DNA of 64,000 bases from Magallana gigas (lineage: Eukaryota), in NCBI RefSeq assembly GCF_963853765.1, contig NC_088857.1:31558001-31622000 (forward strand), read 5' to 3'. A program made the translations under genes and the position numbers. The notes under the pieces were generated by a model. That model searched no databases and was not told where the DNA came from. It saw nothing but the letters and a program-made list of their open reading frames with translations. Within the stretch, counting starts at the first letter, position 1, and every line of letters begins with the position of its first letter. Below are positions 25,401-37,400 of this stretch, piece by piece.

Positions 25401-28322
25401 AAAAAAGATAAACAAATTACAAGGCCGTTGTGTTTTAAAGATATAAACACTGAAAATTTGGACCCGCAATGCATCTACATGTATTAAAAACTTGCCTTTT
25501 TGAAACCAAATCCTGGAAATAGAGGACTTGATGAGGGCTGGGAGACAACCAGAGTGGCCAGGGAGGGGGAGTAGGACATGACCCTGCAGTTTCCAGCCTG
25601 CAGAGACCATATCATAAAACCATACACATCATACAAAAACATGGTTCATAATAACTGTTGCTCTTCTTACTTTAAGGAGAATGGCTGCTTATATAAACCA
25701 TCAGCAGCAGATGGGAATAATGTTGTTACCGGTAATAATAACTATTGTAACAGTTGTAATTATTTATATAAAATAAAGATTTCCTTGTATTAAAAGTTAA
25801 AGAAATATATTGGTTTTTTACTTTCTTGAAAGTCTTACCTCCCAGATCTTGATAGTTTTGTCCAACACAAAGTGACCGTTAACATCTCGGACTTGCGATT
25901 GGGATGGCGCTGAACCAGAGCTAGCATCAGATCTACCAAGTTTAATTTGTATAGTAATCATAAATGCATACATCACATTAAATTCTAAATCAGGCTATAA
26001 ATACAATAAAATTAGCATTTAATTCCTCGTCAGTGAGAGGAAATGTTAATTCAGGGTCATACAACTCTTGCAATCGAAGTCAAAACCCTCTTACCCTAAA
26101 AAGCTAACGAATCATTTCAGCTTAGGTTAACTTTATACTTTGATGACATTTATAACAGAATCACAAAAAAGTATTTTTTGCTTCAAATAAAATACCAGTG
26201 AGAGATTTATTTGAAAATGTCAAAAAATAGCATTTAAACACTTTCAATGATAATAACTGGTATTACCTTTGAATCTCATTGCACAATTTTCATTTTCCAA
26301 TGTGACTACCCGGTAATTACCTGCTAGTTTGTAGCTGGCGTTTGACTTTGTCTAGCTCTGTCTTCAGTCTGTTACACTCCTCTATGGCTAGCTGGTACTG
26401 TAAACGACACTGTGCAGCTTCCATTTCCACCTTTCTTCGAACTTCTCTCTCTTTCTCCAACTCTTGTAATGCCCTGTCACGCTCCGTAGTGTCGACAGCC
26501 TGTTAAAATATTTGTACATTATGTAGTTAAATTGTTAAACTCTTTGCATTCAAAAATAGGAGAAAATACAATTTTGAAGTAACTGCACATTTGTCATTGA
26601 GTTTTTAAAAAAATATTTCACTATTCTATATATGTAATATTTTATTCAATACCAATCTCACACCTCCCAATTTCTTTCTATTCCATCAAAAACATTTAGA
26701 ATATAAACTCAAACGCATGGCTCACCTTCAGTGATTTGGCATAAAGAACCCTGATGTCTTGTCTCTTGGCTTTACAGTTACATTGGGGACATTTACCACC
26801 CTGACCCTTCAGCCATTTTTCAATGCAACTGAAAATAAAAGTTCATATTGAATACATGTACTATATAAACTGATACCAAGTCTTTGATGTGCAGGATACC
26901 TTTTGTAATATAATATAAAGCTACAATAATTGATGTATCAATTTATCACATGTAATTCATAAATTATTTGATTTTTTCCAGCTATGAAAAACATGCCAAC
27001 CTTTGTCCAAATAAATGACCACATCTTAAAGATGCAAGTCTGTGAGATCCAGAGGTGGACCATTCCTCAAAGCAAATTGGGCAGCTCTACAATATTCAAA
27101 TTTATACTGAGTAAATTTGTCAGGAAATGTATCTCTTATTAGCAAAATGATTAATCAGTTAAACCTACATTTAAAAGTCATGTTATAAAAAACACATGTA
27201 AAGCCTTAAGAATTTTTTTTCATATAGTTCCCTTCTGAAAAAAAAATTATCAAAAACTAATTGGATTATCTTACATTTCCGTCTTCATCATCATTTTCTT
27301 GATGATCACTTGCTCCTTTAGGCTTGTCTGGAGTAGACATCACTCGTCGACGCTTTGGAGTTCTGAAGTCTGAAGGGGAACTGGTTGAAGCCTGAATTAG
27401 CTGTATATTGGAGGCTGCAGGTGTTTCAAGCTGCGGACCCGGGGAGGTTGCTTGAGCACTACCGGTATTCTGAACATCAGTCACAGGTAATTGAGGTATA
27501 GCTTCTTGCCCAGGAACCTCTGCATTTTCCACTACCAGAGGAGCAGCTACTGGTGGGTTGGAGTTTTCTTCTTCAGGGTCAGAAACAATTTCCTGAAAAT
27601 TACAAAAATTCATATTGTATTTTATTATCTTCCTAAGTCAAGGATTTCTGACACTTGCTAGGGGAGGAGCAGATCAGAAACTTTTGACTTTGGAAGATGG
27701 GATTTTATTACTGGGTAAATCTATAGTTGGATTATGAAATTGAAAAAAAATTGTTATTTCAGATTTTCCCTTCCATACCACGTCTTGGTTTGATGACCTT
27801 GAATCTTCCCCCTCACTGGAAATCACTTCAGGTGACCTGTCACCTCTGTTCTCAGAAATCTCTCCATCTCCTCTATCCAAATTCTAGAAAAAAAGAGAAA
27901 GGTTATGGTGGAAAACCTCATATAGAAATATTTTCCGTAAATCAAATACATTAAATTCTTTAAATATCCAATGGTGTTAGAAGAGATTTGAACTAAAGCA
28001 TAAAAATTACCACTATACTTGAAGGACCTGGGTTTTCTGAGATATTGAACACAGGTAAAGGTGGGGCTGGTCCTAAATGTACTGGTGCAGTACGGTGAGA
28101 GACATCACTTCTTCCAGCTCCTCGACGGCTGCCAGTGAAGAATCCAGCCAAAGTCTGCTGATTTAATGAAGTAGATGGTGATGCTAGGTCATTATGAATG
28201 AACACCCTACTCCCACTTGGCGACGTTTGAATCGTATCTGTTATACTCCCTGCCTGTAGAGAGGGGCCAGTCTCAGATACCGTATTTGATTCATTATCGT
28301 CTCCATCACTCGCAGCAGACAT
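22417..28322 (-). CDS. RFWD3: E3 ubiquitin-protein ligase RFWD3 (RING, coiled coil, WD40)
   Basis: 14 phase-consistent exons: 28322-28011, 27883-27779, 27592-27275, 27086-27001, 26828-26726, 26499-26321, 25932-25839, 25597-25496, 25220-25057, 24430-24227, 23992-23898, 23635-23544, 23191-23003, 22566-22417. [50 protein letters not shown]40 segments HSKAIRD, YAGQANG, VHIWD. Confidence 0.95.
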
Positions 28323-29214
28323 TATTCCAATAACTATTTGTATAATATACTTTCATGCATTGTTGGAGAACCAATAATATAGTTCGCCATTAATTTCACA
28401 TTATGTTGCGAATTCCCCAATAGAACATCGTATACATAAAGCATCGGTATGATTTTCAAGTATTATGTAAACTATATTACATAACGTTCATTAGATCGTA
28501 CCGACATTTCCTTGAAAAAAAGTAAAACACATGGTTAGCTACTAACACGACATAATGTCAAATTTTGCGCCAATCAAGTCTCCCATTTTGGATTTGGGTA
28601 AAATTAGATACCACTTGCGACAAGAGTTGTCGTTCATTGTTATCCCAATGAATACACTACATGTACAGTATAATCTTGATTTGAGTAAATATCGTTCATA
28701 AACTTGTTTCTAAATATATTTATAATGAATAATTTTTTTCAAAAGATTTGTTGATTCATTTTAACACACAAGCGCGCGACTACATACATGTATGTACATG
28801 TATATGTGATATATGTGCTGTTGTAATTTTGCATGGAAGAAAAAGGAACTGTGAAACATTATGCAAAAGTCTTTTGTTTAGTATTAACAAAAACTTTCCT
28901 GTAGATACTAAACATCATATATGAAGAAAAAGAAATCGTTTGAACAGTTTTAAAATTTAATATTGGTTTCAGTAAAGATCCGATAATATTTAAAAAAAAA
29001 AAAAACTATCTTCTGATAGATTAATAATTGTCCCACAAGGTAGTATAAAGACGTAGCAAAAATTAATGGACGTGTAAATCATTCAATCAATCAATCGATC
29101 GATCAACTAATCAATCAATCAAATATGTAATGACAATGACAATTTCTTTATTCTCTTTTATTTATTATTTTCTTAAGAAAAATCAATTGAACAATAATAC
29201 ATATAATACATACA

Positions 29215-29556
29215 TTGTATGCATTGGAGAGTGACAATATTTTAATATGTCCCATATACGAAGGCTATCGCAAAAAATACATTGAGCCTTATTACTGGAA
29301 AAAAAAACCTTCAATGTGTAAACTTCTGCAACTTTTTAATGTTGAAAATGTAAAGGAACTATGTAATCTGGGTAAATTTATTCACTTTGGTTTGAAATTA
29401 AGAAAAGATTTACTTAATGCAAATTAGATGTTGATATCATAGTATGTACACTTCTGCCACATTCTCCTGTTAACCTACCTGTACGTGTATATTGTTTATA
29501 TTTATTGTACTGATGAGCTGTATAGCTTAAAGTTAATAAAGAACTGAACTGAACTG
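29215..29556 (+). mobile_element. LINE (CR1/L2-like) 3' remnant
   Basis: ILICPIYEGYRKKYIEPYYWKKKPSMCKLLQLF matches the ORF2 C-terminus also seen at 45029. Ends aataaa(gaact)n. Confidence 0.7.
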
Positions 29557-30324
29557 ACAATACAAAAGTGAAAAAAAGGAAAAAGTATAATTAGCAATTA
29601 ACCTAGAGAGCTAACTCTCTGAGTCTCATCGATCAATTACAACTTTGATGAATTTACACAGATTAATCAACAATTTTTTATTATTAGTATTAAAGAGTTG
29701 TTGAAATTTATAAACATTTGGTTGTGTGTATAAGTATGAAAGTATGTATAAAACTCTCTTATCTTTAATTGTTATATCTGTACAATGAAAGAAATAATGA
29801 AATTCATCTCCTATCTGGCTATCTCAATACAGTTACATATGGTACAAGAACATTCGCAATAAAAGTGAGGGTTATTTTTTGATACGGAGGAGACTTGCTT
29901 TTGGTTTAATCTATGTGAAATATATGCAGATATAACATAAGTATAACATATGTATAAGTCAACTCCAACCGAGAAAATAAAGCTGAACTCTGAATAATAT
30001 AATAATGATAGAAGGAAACTGATATCGTTGTCTTAAAGTTTGCATTAATATACAATGTTCGCTTACGATTGAATTTTAACTTTTTTCTGCATTTTATGAG
30101 AGAATTTATCTAGCTGATATATAAAAATAGACCAACAAAAAAAAAATGGAAGAAATCTTTAAACTTTTTTGTACGCATAAATTAAAATTATGTCAGTGCG
30201 CAATACAGTCACTTGATGCACTTAATGATAACTTCTATATAATAACCGAAGATATCAATATCCAATGCGGACTGTATCCAAAACAATCATAGCATGAACA
30301 CAATTTTTAAAAAAACATTTTTAA

Positions 30325-31111
30325 GGTGGAATAACACATCACCACAAAATGACTGACTGCTGATCGAAACGATATTTCGTTTTATTAAAAGGATTTTATG
30401 GACTGAAACATGTAAGTTACTCCATAGCCGAGTGGATAAAGTGTCGGACTTGTGATCTGTACATCCCGATTTTGAATCCCGCAGGGGCTATTGTTGTTAC
30501 TTATTGAAATAATTATCTTAGATATTCATTTTTTTTATCCCCAAACTGCAAATATTTCGCTTATTTGACATTTGTACAGTTTATTTATCATTATATCTTT
30601 CATTATCAAAAAAAATTCTGATAATTTAAGGTCAGACGACACGTTCCTCGAGAATCTTTTTTGTATCTCCTCTTAATAAAGAGTTCCAATAAAAAATATT
30701 AATTTTATAATTATTTTAAAAATGATTAAAATTAAATTGGATGTGGTTATGTGTCTAGATGGCCGAGTGGTTAGAACCGTGGCCGCTCACCGCCAAAAGC
30801 GTATAGGTTCTAGAGGTCATGAGTTCAAAACCCCGCCCCGGCCGAGATAGAATTCCAATATAGTGAATTTTACTGTGCTGTATATGAATTTATTTTTTTA
30901 TACGCAATTCAAGTGTATTTTCAAGAAGATTATATAGGAAATTGCATACTCTAGTATTTTGCAGAAATGCCTGGTAAGGTACCCTAATTTTTTGCAAGAA
31001 AGCTTGTCAAGATAGTAGTAAACCATCATCAAATTCCTGGAAAAGGTTATATAAAATTGAGGAACGTGTCGTCTGACCTTAAGTGACTTATTCTAGGTGT
31101 GTTATTCCACC
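30325..31111 (+). mobile_element. Kolobok-like non-autonomous element (outer), same family as 4160-4940
   Basis: TTAA at 30321-30324 and 31112-31115, 14-bp perfect TIR ggtggaataacaca, tRNA-like segment at ~30422-30487. Confidence 0.8.
30630..31078 (+). mobile_element. Kolobok-like element (inner, different family) nested in the outer element
   Basis: Perfect 20-bp TIR ggtcagacgacacgttcctc/gaggaacgtgtcgtctgacc, TTAA duplicated at 30626-29 and 31079-82, tRNA-like segment at ~30752-30845. Confidence 0.85.
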
Positions 31112-31605
31112 TTAAAATGAAATTTCTACAATTTCTCATAAACAATTGCTATTATTGAGGAGAAATATAAATTTTCAGGTTTACAGTTAGTGATAAGGCT
31201 GGTAGTATTTTATTTTTATTTTTTTGAAAATATTTGAAATTCAGGAAACCTTGACCCCCATGGAGCTTAAAATTAACCCTAGTTCTATTGCGCCCAGTAC
31301 CTAATCCTTTTAACCCCCTTACCTTCTCTGGATCCGCCTGGCATGAATTTATACTAGTTTTACCCTGCTCTAATTCAACTCGATCCCGATGTAAATTCAA
31401 AATGGTGATATAACACTATTGACTGATAATTCAATCCCATATGCATAATAAATAAATAAATGATAGGTTTTATTTCTCTTTTATCATAAGGCAACAAAAT
31501 ACAATAGATATAGAAAGATTAAGCTTTGTTTCTTCCGTTCAAAAATCTAATTTTACAGTACATACATAACATAAAAACCACAAGTCTATAGATAATGTTT
31601 GTTCA

Positions 31606-32046
31606 TTATCCATACAAAGGTGGCTGAGTAATTCTGCAATCCTTGTCTTTATTTTTTGCATGTTCCTTCAACAAGTCCATAATTTCACTCTGATATTCCT
31701 CTGGTGTGGGTTTATTTCCTGTAGCCCAATAATAAATCTCCCAATCGTTACTGGGTTTATTTATAAGATTGTCATACAGCTCAACTTGACGTTCAGTCAT
31801 TCCATTCAAATATTTCGCAGCAAAGGTACTTAATAACAGTCCATTTTCAAGCATGCCCCTTTTCCTACTCTGGTAGAGAAGCCTAGCTTTCCTCACATCC
31901 ATGGTTTCATCTGGTCGCATTGCATACTCGGGAATCGGGATAAACTCTGGTTGTTCACCTTCGTTTCCAGAACTCAAAAGCCGTGGAAAGTTACGCACAA
32001 CTCTTCTTGTGATCGCTGAATTCAGACGCTGTGAAAGACTGTACAT
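31606..32046 (-). CDS. SDHAF2: Succinate dehydrogenase assembly factor 2, mitochondrial (intronless CDS, 146 aa)
   Basis: Sdh5 motif [29 protein letters not shown]...[20 protein letters not shown], with an Arg-rich presequence-like N-terminus. Confidence 0.97.
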   Translation of the reverse strand: MYSLSQRLNSAITRRVVRNFPRLLSSGNEGEQPEFIPIPEYAMRPDETMDVRKARLLYQSRKRGMLENGLLLSTFAAKYLNGMTERQVELYDNLINKPSNDWEIYYWATGNKPTPEEYQSEIMDLLKEHAKNKDKDCRITQPPLYG

Positions 32047-32650
32047 CTTCGACTTTGACTAGAGTAAACTTTGGTTACGCAAGTGTCGAGGAGTTCCGAA
32101 AGGCAAAATTTGGTTTTCTCTTTTAGTTAGCAATTTGCAACTTCCGACTTCAGAAGGCAGGAAAAAATCTGAGAGGAATACATTATGATTATGGTTTTGT
32201 GTTTTGGTTATATATGATTAAGTATGTGCATCAACTGTCCTTGGTTTTTGCCAGCTTTAAGAATGGAACAGTAAGTTTTGAGTTATGACTTTGTATTGAA
32301 AAAAAATACTGCATACAATAAGCTAAAGAGTGTAACTGTTATTACTACAACCAAAGTTATCCAACATAACGTTACCATTGGTTAGTGTACATTTGTTTGC
32401 GATATGATCATTATGTAAAAACAATAATTTTCATGTCAACTGCTTGATTTTGATTATTGCAAACTGAATGATTACATTATAAATTAACAAATTTAATTGA
32501 AACGTGGTATTATTTTCATATGGCATAACCATTTATGTCTTTAATACACAAGAGACAACTACAGATATCTATCTACTATAAATTCCTTCGTACTAACTAC
32601 AATGTTAATTTTCCAGATCCTGTTGTTAGTCTTGTGACATCTTTATGATC

Positions 32651-35600
32651 ATGTCAGATGAGAGAAACTTCAGAACATACTATTATGACAAGTTTGGAAT
32701 TGGTGGAGTGGAGGAAAGGAAATCTTTGGAAATTCTACTGAAAGAGAAACCAATCAGTGTGGAAAAACTAAAGCAGTTCTGCTTGCGATTTGCGATGCCA
32801 GCAATGTATCGTAACTATGTATGGAAATTGACACTAGGTGAGATATACCGGTACATGTACATACATGATGTGTACTCACTACTGTAGATTCCTAATTAAA
32901 CGCTAGGAGTTAATATCCACGTAAAATCGCGAGGAGCACCCTTTGCGAATTTTAAAATCTCGCCATTATTCTGTCAGAGTTAAGAACTATGATAAATAAG
33001 GATAAAAGTTCCGCATTCGCGATTTTATATTCTCGCGATTTGATACAAAACAGCGGGATCCCGGAATTAAGTACTCGCGTAATATATAAGGATTAATTTA
33101 CAGTAAATATAAATGTTGTGTCTGGATGGATAAAGCCATTAAACTTAAACAATAAACCGGAACTATAACTGTTTAATTAGGTCAGAACCAAACATGATCA
33201 ATACTTATTAATCTGGATAGTACAAATACTTGACAAAAGTGTCAGTTGTAAGGACTTTATATACTTTTCTCAACACATTTTCTGAAAATTATAAAACAAT
33301 ACATGTATAAAACTATTCTTAACATTTGGATTTGCATTTCAGAAACAGTCTAGTGGAATTTTCTACATGTCATTCCCAGTGATTTATTTTCATTAGAATG
33401 ACTTGTTACTATATTTAAAATTGATGCAAGTTTTATAAAAACATAAGGATAACATTTAATGACAAGCAGTTTTATAATAGATAACATCATTACACAAGTA
33501 TATTGTATATCTCACCAGACAGGCATAATCTTTAAAAAATCTAACAGCTTTCAACAGAACAATAATTTTGAATTCAGTGTATTAAACCCCATTGATAAAA
33601 AGATTTTTATGTTTGCTAATTCTTTTCTGTACTTTGTTAATTTCAGATATAATTTGTGCAAATCCAGACTCTCATGATTTTCAAATGAAACAACGCACAC
33701 AGAAATACAATGACTTGAAACATGCTGTGCAGATATTGCGATATGCTAGAGAAGATTCGCCAATAGGGAATGTTTTTCTCAAAATGTACCTTCTTGAATC
33801 AGGACAGATCAAATTTGAACAATATAAGGTAAAGATTTTATCATTTCTTCATGCAACTTGATCCATGGGGGATATTGCATTGCTAACTGTGTGTATGTGA
33901 ATGTTTGAGTGTTATAATGTATATATATTGTTTACATATATTGTGTATCTTAAGTACTGTGTTTCCAAATCTATTGCTAATATTTGAGATACCTTATAAT
34001 CGAGTGTATACACTATATAACCCAAATTTTGTGTAGCAATTACAATAGAATACAATAAACAAATGTGCTAACTTGATTCACAACACATTCACAAAATAAT
34101 TCCAATGGCAAGGGCACTAGGCGTTCCTCTTGTTTAACTGTGTTTTATTGTTGACAAAGTCAAATACATCTACTTATTAGCAAGTGCAAAGAATTATCAG
34201 TACCAGTATATCTTTTTTGAGCAGAATATTTTAGATTCATTTTTGGAAAATGTACAAGGAAGTTTAAAAAGTTGATTTTTTGGAAGAAAAACATAGATTG
34301 TGTTGTTCTTGAACATGACTAAACAAGTACTAAACAGTGCTTAATTAAAACAATCAATTAAATCACTTAAATAATAAATTAATAATGAATATGAGTATGT
34401 GACTAAAAGAAAAACATAGAGCAAGAAAGAAAAAAAATTGTAAAATTGTGTTTTACTTAGCACTTATAGTAGTATGAACTGAACTTTTAATTTTTTTTCT
34501 CTTTTCAGTATGATTGTGAGTTTGAAGACTTTGTCTTAATAGCAGCTACAATGGCAAATATCTGTGAAGACATGACAGATGCTTACCTTGTCTCTGTAGA
34601 ATTTTACAAAATGTTTAAAAAGTCCAAGGACAGTAATGAAATTCTGGTGAGTTGTTTTCCATTTCTAAGGATTCTAAAATATTGTTGTATTACAAATTAT
34701 TCATACGGTATTCCACTTTGTATGATAAATTATTCGTATTCCTCTCTTAACCTCTACACATTAATATTATTTAGGCACCTTTTGGTGCCAAGGGGCTGAG
34801 TAGACCTTATCATAAAGGTTCCATATACCGGTATTAAGATTTAGTCTCTGATCATCCATTCAAATTTTTTCAGCAGTTAAAAGTTGATAAGATTTGCCTA
34901 AGTATCAATTTTTAATGTTCTCATTCTTAAAGTTTACAATTAATTTCCCTTTTTTTATTGTTTAATCTAGAGTTTTCCCCCCGTTAAACATCAATTTTAT
35001 TCACCAATTAGGTAGCATATATCGGTACATGTATACCAACTTTTTCCACATAATTTTTTTAAAAAACTTACGCTGTTTTCATGTGAAATTTGTATAAAGC
35101 AATTAATGCACTTTAAAGCACTTCATTGACTGTGTAGGTACATGATTGTACAATGCAGAATTTCAGCATTAGACCAAGATCTAAAATTGAAGCCCTTCTT
35201 TGGAAGTGGAAGCATCTCAACATTAATTAAAAACTTTTTGAAAGAATGTTAATCAATAAACAGTATGTGCAAATCTCCTTCACTTGAAGGTTCAGAAAAC
35301 ATCTCAATGCCTAAAGTCTGAGGATGGAGATAGAAAACTGTTTGACCTCTTTCACAAACATGACCTTTGGAATTCTCTGCCCCTGCACTTGTGGTTTGAG
35401 AGCTGTTTTGCCGGTGTGCTTCCCGAGACTTCCATAGAAAGGTACGTAATTGCAATGTACTTGTTACATGCTGAAGTGTGTTCTTATCATTTGTTTAGCA
35501 TTACAATCTATTATTTGAAACTGTTATATTCCTAAATATTTATATAATTGTCAGGAACTGCATGCTGTTATCAATAATTCTCCAAAATGTCATATTTTTT

Positions 35601-36551
35601 CACATTTGATTAGATAATTTTTGCATGCAGTCTTATTTACTCAAACCTATACCTAAGAAATTTAGAAGATGCATTACAAAGTACAGATTAGAAATGTATA
35701 TTTTGTTGATGAAATGCAAATACAAGTCACTGTTGCAAATACGATTTCGGAACATGTTTACATGTACTGTGAAACTATTATATTATTGGTGTCCCAATAT
35801 TTGTGAATTAGTTCCTATGCATATTGAGATACCGAACATTTACGTACACGGGGAAATATATTTTCCCACATTTTATTTTCCTCAGCTGACAATTTTAAGA
35901 CTGAATGAATTCACATGTCTCAAATCATCTCTCTTTTAACACAATCGTATCTGAGCAAATTAAAAACTGTTGGCAAGTGTAGAAGGGAAAAAAAAACCAT
36001 GGGGCAAAATAACCCTGTATACAGTATACCAGATAAATATTCATTTAAGAAAATCATTCATCCACAAGTTTTATCTGCTTGAATTGGTACATTTTAGATT
36101 ATGAATATTTGTCCCTTTTAACTTTGAATGATTCCACATTTAGAAGATATGTACATGTAAATGTCAACTTTATTTTTTGTTCCTCATTAGGATCTGGGAT
36201 AAGGTGATAGGAGGAGCCCATGGTATAGTTGTGTTTGTAGCAGTTGCCATTTTTCAGACTTTTAAGCGCCCCCTGTTAAGCATGAAAAGTAAAGATGAAA
36301 TGGTTCAATATTTGATGGAGGTATGTTATTTGGTTTTTGAACCAGGATGATAATTTTTCTAATATAAACATGTATTACATTCTATTTATCAATTAGTAGG
36401 ATTTCCTGTAAAATTAAAAAATTACGGTTAGAAAATAAAAATCTTTTTGTATTTGTCTTATAAAATAGCAGTTCATTTATTTTTGTGATATTTTTTCCAG
36501 CTACCAGAAGACTGTGGTGACATTATTGTGACTAAAGCCTTAGATATATGG
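32651..36551 (+). CDS. TBC1D7: TBC1 domain family member 7 (TSC complex subunit); 3' end falls in the N gap
   Basis: Exons 32651-32837, 33647-33828, 34509-34646, 35290-35441, 36191-36320, 36501->36551. Motifs [67 protein letters not shown]. Confidence 0.95.
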
Positions 36552-36714
36552 NNNNNNNNNNNNNNNNNNNNNNNNNNNNNNNNNNNNNNNNNNNNNNNNN
36601 NNNNNNNNNNNNNNNNNNNNNNNNNNNNNNNNNNNNNNNNNNNNNNNNNNNNNNNNNNNNNNNNNNNNNNNNNNNNNNNNNNNNNNNNNNNNNNNNNNNN
36701 NNNNNNNNNNNNNN
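36552..36714. other. Assembly gap (163 N)
   Basis: Run of N that hides the last TBC1D7 codons and stop. Confidence 1.
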
Positions 36715-37400
36715 TAGAAATGTGTATGTTTATGATACACAATGGACCCTTTAAGTACTAATAATGTTGTTGAACATTGACACTGAATTTTGTTGTAAAA
36801 GATGCTAAAATTAATTGTAATAAAAAATGTGTTAGAAATATTTTGTTGTTGCAATAACAGGGACATTTTATTCCAGTTACATACTATAGATAGGAAAGAG
36901 TTGTTGTATTAGTGACAATTATCATCAATAATGAGGAAATTATTTTGAGGACTTCTGAAGGGTTTTATTTATAATAAACCCATGACTGACAAGTTTTCAG
37001 CTTGCCTGGGCTAGAGACCTCAATTAATGACTTTCATGTACATGTACATATACTTTAAGGACGCTCTTAGTATACACTGCTCAGTACTCTGACCAAAATA
37101 AAATATTTGTGAACTTATTGTACATGCATTTTACCAAATGAAGTATGGTAGTAAAAGGCATTTTTTTCATTCAGTAGGAAATTTTGTCTTCAATGCGTTT
37201 TCCTGGTTTAGATACTTGTATGCTTATAAAGCACACTTTTGTGTGACAAACAAACTAGTTTTCATTTCTGTACAGAGGGTCCATAAACTTTTTTCTGCAG
37301 AACAAATGAGCCAATTTCTTTCAAACTTTGTTCAAAGTATCCTTTGGAATAGAGGTTTTACGTTTGTTGATCAAAGGAAGCAGTGGTCTAAGACTACTTT

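Noticed and set aside
36473-36866. ORFs spanning the N run
   Set aside because: Artefacts of translating through the assembly gap
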